From positions 1,024,001 to 1,088,000 of the forward strand of contig OY970332.1 of NCBI GenBank assembly GCA_963717435.1: a DNA stretch of 64,000 nt, given 5' to 3'. Source of the stretch: an uncultured bacterium. GTDB taxonomy: Bacteria > Babelota > Babeliae > Babelales > Babelaceae. This document shows positions 49,257 through 59,942 of the stretch, piece by piece. Both the position numbers and the translations under genes were made by a program. The notes beneath the pieces were generated by a model that saw only the letters and a program-made list of their open reading frames with translations, was not told the DNA's origin and made no database searches. Within the stretch, counting starts at the first letter, position 1. Each line of letters opens with the position of its first letter.

Positions 49257-50635
49257 TTATCCCTCGTCATCAAATCGGGTTAATTCTCTAACATAATTTA
49301 AAAATACTGTGCCGGTTGGACCATTACGCTGCTTTCCTATAATAAGTTCAGACAAAGCGGGATTGTCAGTATCCGGGTTATAAACTATATCCCTATATAA
49401 AAACATAATAAGATCCGCATCCTGCTCAATCGCACCCGATTCACGCAAATCCGAAAGCATGGGCCGCTTATCCATACGCGCATCAACTGCACGAGAAAGC
49501 TGGGACAGGGCCAATATCGGGATTCCTAATTCCTTAGCCAAAGACTTCAATGATCTAGAGATATCAGAAACTTCCTGATGACGATTTTCATGTTTTCTAT
49601 GGGAATGAATCAACTGCAGATAGTCGATTATCAAAAACTGCAAATTATGCTCGATTTTTAATTTACGTGCCTTTGCTCGAACATCTGCAATACTCTGAAC
49701 AGCCGTATCATCGATAAATATATTAAGCTGAGACAATCTGCCAGCAGAATGCGTAAGCTCCAACCACTCATCAGATGTAATTGTCGCATTACGAATATTC
49801 TGGTGAGAAACTCCAGAATCGCAAGACAAAAGTCGGAGAGCCAACTGCTCCGCTGACATTTCTAATGACAAAAATCCAAGTGAAGTATTATTCCCGGAAG
49901 CAGCATTATGCGCAATCGACAACGCAAGTGCAGTTTTACCCATAGATGGCCTGGCTGCCAAAACAATAAAATCACCCTTTTGAAACCCTGAAGTAAATTC
50001 GTCCAGTTTTTTAAATCCTGAAGAAACTCCAGTGATCCCCCTGCTGTTACCCTTGATATCAGAAAGATGCTGAAAAGTTTTTTTCAGCCAAATAGTTAAC
50101 TGAACAAATTTGACTTGGTACGTTGTTCAGAAATCTGAAAAATAACTTTTTCAGCTTCATCCAAGACACTTTCGATCTCTTTGTCATTCTGGTCATAACA
50201 GTTGGTAATAATTTGGGTAGCAGAAGAGATAAGCTCTCTTAATACTGACTTGTCTTTTATAATTTGGGCATGTTGTTCAATAAGACCCAGTGCAGGAATC
50301 TCTTCTTGCAAAGAAAGCAGATAGACAATTCCGCCAATGGCATCAAGTTGCGCCATTTTATCAAGTTCATCTTGCAACGTCACAATATCAACACGCTGGT
50401 TGCGCGTTGTAATATTCAACATTGCCTGAAAAATTGTCTTATTAGACGGAGTATAAAAATCACTAGGCGCAAGCATCTCCAAAATATTATTTAACGTTGA
50501 GTCGTTAAGTAATATTGCACCCAAAACTGCCCGTTCAGCTTCTAAGCTAAACGGCAATCTTTTGCCCAATATTTTTTCCGCAACTACAAGTTTATTTTTT
50601 TCGGCCGCTTGCTTAAAAAACTCTTTTTTTTGCAT
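49257..50635 (-). CDS. dnaB: Replicative helicase DnaB (one apparent frameshift near 50106-50108)
   Basis: PFSLEAERAVLG N-domain; AARPSMGKT, IIDYLQL, LSDLRESGAIEQDAD; adding one base restores SNFVQLTIWLKK...GITGVSSGF. Confidence 0.95.
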
Positions 50636-50637
50636 TT

Positions 50638-51096
50638 TTAAGCTTGCTGACGCTCTTCTGGAACAACTTTAAGTTTTACTTCTGGCTGCAACTTAGAAGA
50701 TAATTTGATTACTATCTGATAAGACCCTTTTGATTTTATGTTCTTATCAAGAACAACTTGGTTTTTAGCAACGCTTACACCTTTTTCAGATAACAGATCC
50801 ACTATCTCTTGTGGTGCAACTGAACCATAAAGCTGGTCGCCATTGTGCATCTTGCGTTTTAACACAAGCTCTAAAGACTTAATTTTTTCTGCCAACATAG
50901 AGGTCTTTGTCGCAACAACTTCTTTTCTTTGAGCGACAACTTTGATGCGCTTTGTAAGACCGGATTCATTCTCAGGGGTCACTTCAAGGGCGAGTTTTTT
51001 GGCTATCAGAAAGTTTCTACCAAAACCTTCGTTAACTTTTATAATCTCACCGGCCATGCCCACTTTTTCAATATCTTTTAATAAAAAAACTTTCAT
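50638..51096 (-). CDS. rplI: 50S ribosomal protein L9
   Basis: MKVFLLKDIEKVG.AGEIIKV..GFGRNFL, LYGSV. Confidence 0.96.
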   Translation of the reverse strand: MKVFLLKDIEKVGMAGEIIKVNEGFGRNFLIAKKLALEVTPENESGLTKRIKVVAQRKEVVATKTSMLAEKIKSLELVLKRKMHNGDQLYGSVAPQEIVDLLSEKGVSVAKNQVVLDKNIKSKGSYQIVIKLSSKLQPEVKLKVVPEERQQA

Positions 51097-51289
51097 AATC
51101 TTCTCCAACTGGATTGCAAAACAGGGAAATATATTCTAGTAAACAGTATAAACTAATAAACCCTGTCGATCAAAAAATATATAGCCAAAATCTGTATCTA
51201 AATGTTTTATTGATTTTTAATTTTTATATTAAGTAAGCTTTAACAGTAAAATTTGTAACTATATAAATAGAAAATAAGTCGAGGGGATT

Positions 51290-53057
51290 ATGTCAAAGAC
51301 TAGATATCTTGCAATAATATTGTTGGGGTCATTCACTTATAATTTAAATATAATATCTGCAGAGCCAAAAAAGAAAACTGAAAGCTATGAGCAGCTTACA
51401 GAAATGCTTGAATATATGTCACGCAAAGTATTTTTCGATAGGCCAATTTCAGAGTGGTCAAAAACGGAATATGAAAATAACGATAAAAGTAAAAGTTTGA
51501 TTAACAAGCTGGAAGCAACTAATGGACAAAATCGGTGATTTTATAACAGAATCAGGCTCACGCGATCTCCCGCCCATTTATAACAGATATTTTAAGCCAA
51601 GATATTTTGGTAACCAAAGGACATGGACCTTTGTAGGCGACAGGTCTAACGACATATTTTCTGATATTTTTTCCGAAATGGAATTATACAATCATTTAAA
51701 AGGCGGCAAAAAAATAGAAAAAATAGAGGAAATCGTTCGAAAAATTAACAGTTCTAATAACTCCATAAAAAAAGAAATCAAAGACGTGACAACTTGGTTT
51801 GACGCAAAAACAAAAGCTAAAGATCTACTAACGCAATTAACAATAATATTAGACAAAATATACAAAGAACTTAAACCCTTAATCCCACCAAAATTACCTG
51901 CTGAAAGCACATCTCAAAAGTTACTTGAACCCTCAACCAAACCCGAATTACCTGCTGAAAGCACATCTCAAAAGTTACTTGAACCCTCAACCAAACCCGA
52001 ATTACCTGCTGAAAGCACATCTCAAAAGTTACTTGAACCCTCAACCAAACCCGAATTACCTGCTGAAAGCACATCTCAAAAGTTACCTGTCGGAGTTATG
52101 CAAGAAATCGCCAAAGCTTCGATAGAAACAAATATAAAAAACGCTATAGACAACCCTAACGTGACCCAAGCTGCAATTTTCAGCGAAACAGATAATATGT
52201 TCAAAGCAGGTGGAGATTCAACCAGAGCTATTTTAAATTTAATAAACACAGAGGGCAACAAGAGGAAACAAAAAAATTATCATTATGGCAATTTCAAACA
52301 TGATATTATTGAAGATTTAATAAAAAAACGTTTGAAAAACACAAATCCTAGTCGTGATGACAAAATTAAAGAGGCAAGAAAATTGGATGCAAAAGTCTGG
52401 CTAAAACTAGAAAGCGTGCCAGAAAAAAAACCGCTGTCAAGCGAAGAAATGGCAGCCTTAATAAGGGAAATTGCAATATTCAATAATGAAACCCTAGACG
52501 CAATTGATAAAGTTACACAAAAAATAATTGATCACCTTAGACAAGAAGTAAAAGAAAATCTAAGACTTGGTGCAAATTTAAATGGGGGCTCCACCCCACC
52601 ATTCTTCTATATAACACTAATAAAAAATACAAATGAACAGTTAGAGTTCACAAAATTTATTATAAAGAACTCAAAAGTGCCTATAAATATAAGTTCTAAA
52701 ACCGGTTATGAGCAAAATACGATATTGCATTTATTGGGTCTAAAAATTAACCTATTTGATAACACTGAGTCTTGGGATAAGTTTGAATTGGCAAAATTTT
52801 ATCTAGATAATTTTAAAAATATAAAATTTAATATTGGAAACAGAGATGGATTGACGGTACTAGATTGTTTTACATTTTTAAAAAAAGAAATTATTAAAGA
52901 ACACTTTGAAAGCAAATTTCTTTTTGATAACAATGTTAATGATTATAACGAAAAGGGCCAAAAATTTATTTTGGAGATTTATAATAAAGGTGCGCGATTT
53001 AATGTAAATAAAGATGGGGATAAGTTAATTAACGCTCTAAAGAAGAAATATAAATAA
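51290..53057 (+). CDS. Exported protein, paralog A (frameshift near 51506 relative to paralog B)
   Basis: ORFs 51290-51538 and 51522-53057 are collinear with 53462-55141; aacaagctgg versus aacagctgg. Confidence 0.8.
51892..52086 (+). repeat. 54-bp coding tandem repeat, about 3.6 copies
   Basis: Encodes (LPAESTSQKLLEPSTKPE)n; units start at 51892, 51946, 52000 and 52054. Confidence 0.95.
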
Positions 53058-53090
53058 TAATATAATCTCCAAGCTGAAAATATATAACTT

Positions 53091-53331
53091 TCAGTTTGGA
53101 GACTCTACTGTTAAATTTATTAAATTAGCTTCTAGACTAAACACAATTTTATTATCGGCTTTGTTAATTAATTCTGCTTTAATAAGCACAGTTTTGTCAG
53201 ATTTTTGCCACGATATTTTGCCGTAATATAAGCCGGATTTATCAAAATCGGGCCAGTTTTTGAATACTTTAAAATCAGAGTCTTTAAGTAATAAATAATT
53301 TGATTTATAAAAAATAACCCCATAATCAAGA
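53091..53331 (-). pseudogene. Duplicated 3' fragment of the 55177-55557 gene
   Basis: 53066-53331 matches 55152-55417 with 4 mismatches by eye; 5' part of the gene is missing. Confidence 0.88.
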
Positions 53332-53422
53332 TAACCTAATAAACCCTGTCGATCAAAAAATATGTATCTAAAATATATGGCTCTTGAATTTTAATTTTTG
53401 TATCAAGTAAGCTTTAACAGTA

Positions 53423-53445
53423 ATATATATATATATATATATATA
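53423..53445. repeat. (AT)11 microsatellite upstream of the RBS
   Basis: atatatat... run ending 7 bp before GAGGGG. Confidence 0.9.
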
Positions 53446-53461
53446 ATAAATCGAGGGGATT

Positions 53462-55141
53462 ATGTTAAAGATTAACTATCTTGCAATAATATTATCAGGG
53501 GCATTCACTTACAATTTAAATATAATATCTGCAGAGCCAAAAAATAAAACTGAACACTATATCTATCTTACGGAAAAGCTTGAAGATATGTCACACAAAG
53601 TATTTTTTGATAGACCAATTTCAAAGTGGTCAAAAACGGAATATGAAAATAACGATAAAAGTAAAACTTTGGTTAACAGCTGGAATCAACTAATGGAAAA
53701 AATCGGTGATTTTATAACAGAATCAGGCTCACGCGATCTCCCGCCCATTTATAACAAATATTTTAAGCCAAGATATTTTGGTAACAAAAGGTCGACGCCA
53801 TGGACCTTTGTAAGCGATAGGTCTAACGACATATTTTCTGATATTTTTTCCCAAATAGCATTATACAACCATTTAAATGGGGAAAAAGAAAAAGAAAAAA
53901 GATTAGAAGCCGACAAAAAAATAGAGGAAATCGCTAAAGAAATTAATAGTTCTAATAAATCTATAAAAAAAGAACTCGAAGACGTGACAACTTGGTTTGA
54001 CGCAAAAACAAAAGCTAAAGATCTACTAACGCAATTAACAATAATATTAGACAAAATATACAAAGAACTTGAACCCTTAACCAAATCCGAATTGCCTACT
54101 GAAAGCATTCCTGAAAATTTACCTATCGGAACTATGCAAGAAATCGCCAAAGCTTCGATAGAAACAAATATAAAAAACGCTATAGACAACCCTAACGTGA
54201 CCCAAGCTGCAATTTTCAGCGAAACAGATAATATGTTCAAAGCAGGTGGAGATTCAACCAGAGCTATTTTATATTTAATAAAAACAGAGGGCAACAAGAG
54301 GAAACAAAAAGATTATCATTATGGCAATTTCAAACATGATATTATTGAAGATTTAATAAAAAAACGTTTAAAAAACACAAATCCTAGTCGTTATGACAAA
54401 ATTAAAGAGGCAAAAAAATTGAAAGCAACAGTCTGGCTAAAACTAGAAAATGCTGAAGAAGAACCGCTGTCAACTGGCGGAATGGTAGAATTATTAATTC
54501 ACATTGCAAGTGCATTAAATAATGAGAAACATCAAGCGTACATTGATTACCTTAGACAAAGAATAGCAGAAAATCTAAAACTTGGTGCAAATTTAAATGA
54601 TCTTATAAAACGTGAATCCGAGTCTATCTGGTCTTCTTATAGGGGTGAAGACTCCGCTCCAGCCTTCTTCTACATAACAAAAATAAAAAATACAAAAGAA
54701 CAGTTGGACTTCACAAAATTTATTATAAAGAACTCAAAAGTGCCTATAAATATAAATGCTACAGACAGCAAGGGCGATACGATATTGCATTTATTGGGTA
54801 AAAAAATTAGCTTATTTTCTAGTCGTGGTCAGATAAGGCATGATTTTAACGATACTGAGCCTTGGGATAATTTTGAATTGGCAAAATTTTATCTAGATAA
54901 TTTTAAAAATATAAAATTGAATATGCTAAACAAAAGTGGGTATACAGTACTGGATTGTTTCACATTTTTAAAATCAGAAACCGGAGAGAGTTTTTACACA
55001 CGGTTTTTTTCTAACGATGTTAATGATTATAGCAAAGAGGGCCAAAAATTTATTTTGGATATTTATAATAAAGGTGCGAGATTCAATTTAAATAAAGATG
55101 GCGATAAGTTGATTAAAGCTCTAAAGAAGAAATATAAATAA
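53462..55141 (+). CDS. Exported protein, paralog B, with ankyrin-like C-terminal repeats
   Basis: Signal-like N-terminus; INATDSKGDTILHLL, NKSGYTVLDC. Confidence 0.8.
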   Translation: MLKINYLAIILSGAFTYNLNIISAEPKNKTEHYIYLTEKLEDMSHKVFFDRPISKWSKTEYENNDKSKTLVNSWNQLMEKIGDFITESGSRDLPPIYNKYFKPRYFGNKRSTPWTFVSDRSNDIFSDIFSQIALYNHLNGEKEKEKRLEADKKIEEIAKEINSSNKSIKKELEDVTTWFDAKTKAKDLLTQLTIILDKIYKELEPLTKSELPTESIPENLPIGTMQEIAKASIETNIKNAIDNPNVTQAAIFSETDNMFKAGGDSTRAILYLIKTEGNKRKQKDYHYGNFKHDIIEDLIKKRLKNTNPSRYDKIKEAKKLKATVWLKLENAEEEPLSTGGMVELLIHIASALNNEKHQAYIDYLRQRIAENLKLGANLNDLIKRESESIWSSYRGEDSAPAFFYITKIKNTKEQLDFTKFIIKNSKVPININATDSKGDTILHLLGKKISLFSSRGQIRHDFNDTEPWDNFELAKFYLDNFKNIKLNMLNKSGYTVLDCFTFLKSETGESFYTRFFSNDVNDYSKEGQKFILDIYNKGARFNLNKDGDKLIKALKKKYK

Positions 55142-55176
55142 AAACAGACAGTCTCCAAGCTGAAAATATATAACTT

Positions 55177-55557
55177 TCAGTTTGGAGACTCTACTGTTAA
55201 ATTTATTAAATTAGCTTCTAGACTAAACACAATTTTATTATCGGCTTTGTTAATTAATTCTGCTTTAATAAGCACAGTTTTTTCGGTTTTTTGCCACGAT
55301 ATTTTGCCGTAATATAAGCCGGATTTATCAAAATCGGGCCAGTTTTTGAATACTTTAAAATCAGAATCTTTAAGTAATAAATAATTTGATTTATAAAAAA
55401 TAACCCCATAATCAAGAAGAGCTTCGCATAGATAATATTTCTGTTCATGTCTCTGCTTTAAAATCACAGAGTCCATAAAATTACTACTGTGGTTCCACAT
55501 AATCATGCAGTAACTTGAAAGTAGCATAAAGACAGAAAATATTATAAAAAAGTTCAT
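55177..55557 (-). CDS. Pilin/pseudopilin-cluster protein
   Basis: N-terminal hydrophobic helix; follows two prepilin-like genes. Confidence 0.55.
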   Translation of the reverse strand: MNFFIIFSVFMLLSSYCMIMWNHSSNFMDSVILKQRHEQKYYLCEALLDYGVIFYKSNYLLLKDSDFKVFKNWPDFDKSGLYYGKISWQKTEKTVLIKAELINKADNKIVFSLEANLINLTVESPN

Positions 55558-55579
55558 AATTTTATTACCAAGTTAATTA

Positions 55580-55628
55580 CCATCCCTCGATACATTTTTT
55601 CTTCGAAAAAACACTCGGGATGAGCGGG
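55580..55628 (+). repeat. REP-like element, copy 6, with a partial extra end at 55643-55656
   Basis: ccatccctcgataca-ttttttc-ttc-gaaaaaa-cactcgggatgagcggg. Confidence 0.9.
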
Positions 55629-55684
55629 CATCTTGGCGAAGACGGGACGAGCGGGGTATAATACTATCTTTCTTATTAAATTTG

Positions 55685-56227
55685 TTAAAATTTAACAAAT
55701 CTTTTGCAATACAAATTAATATTATCTTTATCTTGTAATATTAAATCAGCGCCAATAATATTTCCTGACACAAAATCTATTACCGGCGTCAATTCAAGTT
55801 CGCAGTTGTTTAATAATATAGAGTAACCTGCATGATCTGAGATATTTTCTCCGGACCAAGAATTATTTTGCAAGTTATATTTGCCCGTTTTTTTAAATAA
55901 TCTGTTTTTATTATCGACATAAAAGCCAATATCCCAGCTATTATTATTAATGCTACTACTATTATTATTAATATTTTTTTCTTGAGCAAAAACAAAACTT
56001 GATTTATCCAGTTTCTTCCAAAATTTTTTCTTGTTCGGCGCTTGTTGCAAAAAAGAGACAACAAAGTCATGGGCCCTGTAGACTTCAAAATATCTATCAA
56101 CAAATTTTATATTTCTCTTGGAGTTTAAGTATATATTAGAAACAAAGCTCGCCGTTAACATGCACATCAGTGTCGCGCATGTTATGTATATAAGTGATTC
56201 GATAAGTGTAAAACCTGATTTGTTCAA
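55685..56227 (-). CDS. Prepilin-type N-terminal cleavage protein
   Basis: KSG|FTLIE class III signal. Confidence 0.85.
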   Translation of the reverse strand: MNKSGFTLIESLIYITCATLMCMLTASFVSNIYLNSKRNIKFVDRYFEVYRAHDFVVSFLQQAPNKKKFWKKLDKSSFVFAQEKNINNNSSSINNNSWDIGFYVDNKNRLFKKTGKYNLQNNSWSGENISDHAGYSILLNNCELELTPVIDFVSGNIIGADLILQDKDNINLYCKRFVKF

Positions 56228-56281
56228 AATTATCTCCCGATACTATCAGCATGTTTGCTTAGCTTTTACACATACCCCTAA

Positions 56282-56680
56282 TTAAGTCCCGCGACCTGAA
56301 ACAATTTCCACAAAAGTTTTTTTGCCCGAGTAAGATTCCCAGCCAACTTTAATTTCTATAAAATCAAAATTTCTATCAAACTTTTTTATATTATAATTAA
56401 CTTCAAAGTTATCTAATTTAGGTGAACTTAATGCACTAAGTTCTCCCGCACGTGCTTTATCTGCCAAAGAGCAAGCAAGCAAAAGTGCTTTGGACCTGAC
56501 AATAGATTCTCGATTAATATTAATAAGTTGGGAGTACCATGCGCATAAATAAAAGCCCAAAACACTGACAAGAAATATTGTCAAAACTAATTCGACCAGC
56601 AAAAAACCCGGTATATTATTTTTGCTAATAACACTATTTTGACCAGGGTAACCCGAAAATGTTATATTAAAAATAGACAT
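56282..56680 (-). CDS. Prepilin-type protein
   Basis: PG|FLLVEL followed by a hydrophobic helix. Confidence 0.7.
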   Translation of the reverse strand: MSIFNITFSGYPGQNSVISKNNIPGFLLVELVLTIFLVSVLGFYLCAWYSQLININRESIVRSKALLLACSLADKARAGELSALSSPKLDNFEVNYNIKKFDRNFDFIEIKVGWESYSGKKTFVEIVSGRGT

Positions 56681-56822
56681 AAATTTTAATTATTAATCTG
56701 TTTACAATTTAACTAAACTACTTATAACATATAATAATTATAATAGGTTATAATATCAGCCGCGCAAGAGTTGCCCGTAATAAAAAAGCAACAAAAAATT
56801 TGGTTTAAAAAGAAAGAAGAAC

Positions 56823-59369
56823 ATGAAATCTAAATTTATTTTCAAGAAAATAGTATCCGGTTCTATACTATCTCTAATATTAATAGCTTGTAATATCACA
56901 GATTTATTTTCACAGGCCACAGCGCCAACACCTGCAACTGCTGCGGACGCAAATGCAGTTCCGTTCACCCTTTCACCCGAAGACATAGAAGCATTAAAAG
57001 CTAGTTCTGCAGACAGTCCGATGGGCCCCATCACAGACAAAGATATTGAAGAGTTTGTAAGCTTTATAAATAATTTAAGTGAAGATGACATGAAAGCCCT
57101 TGAAAGTCTTGCTCAAGAGGCGGCAAAAGAAATAGAAGAAGCAGCAAAAGCCGAAAGCGCAGCTGGACAACCTCAAACGCCAGAAATAAAACCTCAAGAG
57201 GCGCCAATAAAAAAAGAAGAAAAACCTAAAATTCCTACAAATAAAGTTGACGAAGCAAAACAGATATTATCAACAACCGCAAAATACATAAACGATCTAA
57301 AACAAGAAGCTTCAAAAGAAGAGTCTGTTTCACGCAGATTAAATCCGTGGGCAAAAGATCTTAATGATCTGGTTTATTACTTAAATGCGATTAATAGTAA
57401 GAATGTTCTTGTGGGACATTTATTGAACCCAGAGTTTGAAAACTTTTATCAAAACTTAAAAAAGCTTAATAGAACTCTTGAAGAAAATATCAAAGCTTTC
57501 TCTGTTGAAGATATTATAGGGGGCCAAGAATATGAAGAAGAGGACCCTTATGAAATTCTTGGAGTTGAACAGACTGCAACGGCACAAGATATCGAAGACG
57601 CTTTTAACAAAATTAAGCTATCAAAAGATCCGAAAAAAATTGAAGAAAAATTGAAAGCAGAAAAAGTTGATGCGAAAGAGATCAAGCGAAAACTAAAAGA
57701 AGCAAAGCTTTCTTTTAACTTAATAGAATCTGCTTACGAAAAGTTAAAAAATCCAAAATCTAGGGCCCAAATCGATAAAGAAATAGAATCTAAGCAGTCT
57801 TCTGGTTTGAGCAAAAAAGAGATATCAAAACGGGCATTTTCAAAAATCTTAGACAGTTTCGGGACAGCTTTTTATGACAACAAGATTTTACAAGATTGTG
57901 TTGCGTTACTTAAAAAATATGACCCGATAGCGCTGGAGACAAAAAAAGAGCTTGATAAAGCTGAAGAAGCTGCAAAAAAAGCCAAACAAGAAGCAGCAAA
58001 GAGCAAAGTAGGCAAATCACCTGGTCGCTTTTCTGATTATGGCGCAGGTATATCTTATGGAGGCGGCGGAACTGATTATGGAGCTGGTAGAAACTACCCG
58101 TCAGGCGGCGGCTACGATTCAGATTACGGCAACAGATACGGGAGCGATTATGGAAATTGGGGCGACCAGGGTAAATTAAAAGAAAAACAAGTTGGCAGCA
58201 TCTCAAAAGGTGGAAAGCCAGGAGAAAAAGAAGAAAAAGAGAAAAAACTAACAGATAAAAACAAAAAAGAAGAGATGTCCAAGATTCCGGGCGAACAACC
58301 AGAAAAAGCTGAAAAGAAAATCGACCCAATAAAATTGATGCAAGAAATAGATGCAAATTTAAATCTGGTGAACACGCAACTTGAGAATAATCCGCAAATA
58401 GTAAAAATGCTTTCAATAACACACGAAGTGCATCCAGCTCCAGGTAGTGAACCAGAAAAAGTATTTAGAAGATCTATGCCATTAGGTACACTAAGAGAAG
58501 CAAATATCGTTAAATGGGCAAATGAACCGAAAAAACTATCTGAGCATCAGGGAGATATAGATTATCTTGATAAATGGCAGAAGAACATGCAGTTTGATAA
58601 GTTAATCGAGAAAACAAACAGTCTTGAAGAGCTTATAAAAAAGGCAGTTGAAAAAGACCCTAAAGCTAAAAAGAATCTTGCAAAAGAGTTTAATAATAGT
58701 CTTTCAAACAAACTTTCTGGTCCTGTATCAGATATTTTATTTACCGTAAAAAATGTTTCGGGAGATATAAAGCCCGTTAAAAACTTATTAAAAAATATTG
58801 AATCGATTTATGACAACTTACATGATATAAGAAGTTTATTGTCTGGAGAAAAAGAGGTACTTCAAGATATAAAAGATGTTGCGAAATTATTGGTCCAAAT
58901 AGTTGATATTTCAAAATCTGCCCAAGTTTTAGATGCACAAATAAAGGGCTCGCAAGAAGAAGGTCAGGGTGAAGAAGAAAGTGAAGAAGCCGGTCAAGAA
59001 GAAATAGCAGAAGAAAAACCTGAAAAAACTATAAAGAAATCAGTTGATCCACAACTACAAAAAAATCTTGATAGCATACTAAAAAATCTTGAAGGCGACA
59101 GAGTTTTCTTGTCTATAATTTTAAAGAGCATAGATAGAATAGCTAATCAAATCAAAGATGCGTCAGCTGACGAAAAGCAAGCGTATAAAGCAGAATGGGA
59201 AAACGAAAATAATCCTAATTCTATAGCATCAGAAATAGGAGACGTAAAAAAGCTATTTGAAATCTTGCAAAATAACGCGACCCAAGATGGAGCAATTAGA
59301 AGAAATACTAGTATTCTTGAAACTGTAACGAAAAAGTTAAAAGAGATAGAAAAAAATATAAATCTATAA
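56823..59369 (+). CDS. Large exported protein with an internal J-like domain and GY-rich segment
   Basis: DPYEILGV...F..IESAYEKLKNPKSRAQID. Confidence 0.8.
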   Translation: MKSKFIFKKIVSGSILSLILIACNITDLFSQATAPTPATAADANAVPFTLSPEDIEALKASSADSPMGPITDKDIEEFVSFINNLSEDDMKALESLAQEAAKEIEEAAKAESAAGQPQTPEIKPQEAPIKKEEKPKIPTNKVDEAKQILSTTAKYINDLKQEASKEESVSRRLNPWAKDLNDLVYYLNAINSKNVLVGHLLNPEFENFYQNLKKLNRTLEENIKAFSVEDIIGGQEYEEEDPYEILGVEQTATAQDIEDAFNKIKLSKDPKKIEEKLKAEKVDAKEIKRKLKEAKLSFNLIESAYEKLKNPKSRAQIDKEIESKQSSGLSKKEISKRAFSKILDSFGTAFYDNKILQDCVALLKKYDPIALETKKELDKAEEAAKKAKQEAAKSKVGKSPGRFSDYGAGISYGGGGTDYGAGRNYPSGGGYDSDYGNRYGSDYGNWGDQGKLKEKQVGSISKGGKPGEKEEKEKKLTDKNKKEEMSKIPGEQPEKAEKKIDPIKLMQEIDANLNLVNTQLENNPQIVKMLSITHEVHPAPGSEPEKVFRRSMPLGTLREANIVKWANEPKKLSEHQGDIDYLDKWQKNMQFDKLIEKTNSLEELIKKAVEKDPKAKKNLAKEFNNSLSNKLSGPVSDILFTVKNVSGDIKPVKNLLKNIESIYDNLHDIRSLLSGEKEVLQDIKDVAKLLVQIVDISKSAQVLDAQIKGSQEEGQGEEESEEAGQEEIAEEKPEKTIKKSVDPQLQKNLDSILKNLEGDRVFLSIILKSIDRIANQIKDASADEKQAYKAEWENENNPNSIASEIGDVKKLFEILQNNATQDGAIRRNTSILETVTKKLKEIEKNINL

Positions 59370-59384
59370 CCAAAAGGGACCGTA

Positions 59385-59936
59385 ATGGCAAGCAAAGTAC
59401 ACGTAAGTGAGTTTATAGAAAAGTTGTTAGAGATTCTTGTAAAACAAAAATCTTTATCAGAAACGCAAGCTGCTGACCTAAAAAAAGGCTTCAGGGAAAG
59501 TTCTCCCCCAGATTTTGAAGCATATCTTTTAGATTCTGCGCAAGTAAGTAAAGCGTCGCTATTAAAAGCTTTAGGTAGCTATTACAAGTTGCCCGCTTTT
59601 GATGTCAGCGGATATTTATTTGACCATGATCTTGTAAAAGAACTTCCAAAAGATGTGATGCTCAGAAACAGTTGTGTCCCGGTTGAGGTTGATCAAGATA
59701 TATTGGTGGTTGTTGCAAACGAACCTAGCGACGATCTTGCAGTTACACTTGAAAGCTACTTAAAAAACGACATACAATTTAATGTTGGCTTATATCAAGA
59801 CATAAAAAACGCCATCGAAGAGTTTTATGATGAGGCGATAACAGAAGAGCCATCAGAGGACCCATATTATCGCGTTGAAGAAGAAGATGAGCGTATAGAA
59901 AAAATTCTTGATACAGAAGACAAGCGAGATTTGTAA
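59385..59936 (+). CDS. Standalone GspE/PilB N-terminal (T2SSE_N/MshEN-like) domain protein
   Basis: LLEILVKQKSL, LVKELPKDV..RNSCVPV..DQDILVVVANEP, IKNAIEEFY. Confidence 0.75.
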   Translation: MASKVHVSEFIEKLLEILVKQKSLSETQAADLKKGFRESSPPDFEAYLLDSAQVSKASLLKALGSYYKLPAFDVSGYLFDHDLVKELPKDVMLRNSCVPVEVDQDILVVVANEPSDDLAVTLESYLKNDIQFNVGLYQDIKNAIEEFYDEAITEEPSEDPYYRVEEEDERIEKILDTEDKRDL

Positions 59937-59942
59937 ATTTAA

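Noticed and set aside
50041-50120. Split dnaB, intein or recoding site
   Set aside because: One added base in a short homopolymer restores a normal DnaB, and there is no intein-sized insert.
51892-52086. CRISPR array
   Set aside because: Contiguous identical 54-bp in-frame units with no unique spacers, and no cas genes.
53066-53331. Diversity-generating retroelement template/variable repeat pair with 55152-55417
   Set aside because: No reverse transcriptase in the window, only 4 mismatches, and the copy is explained by the tandem duplication.
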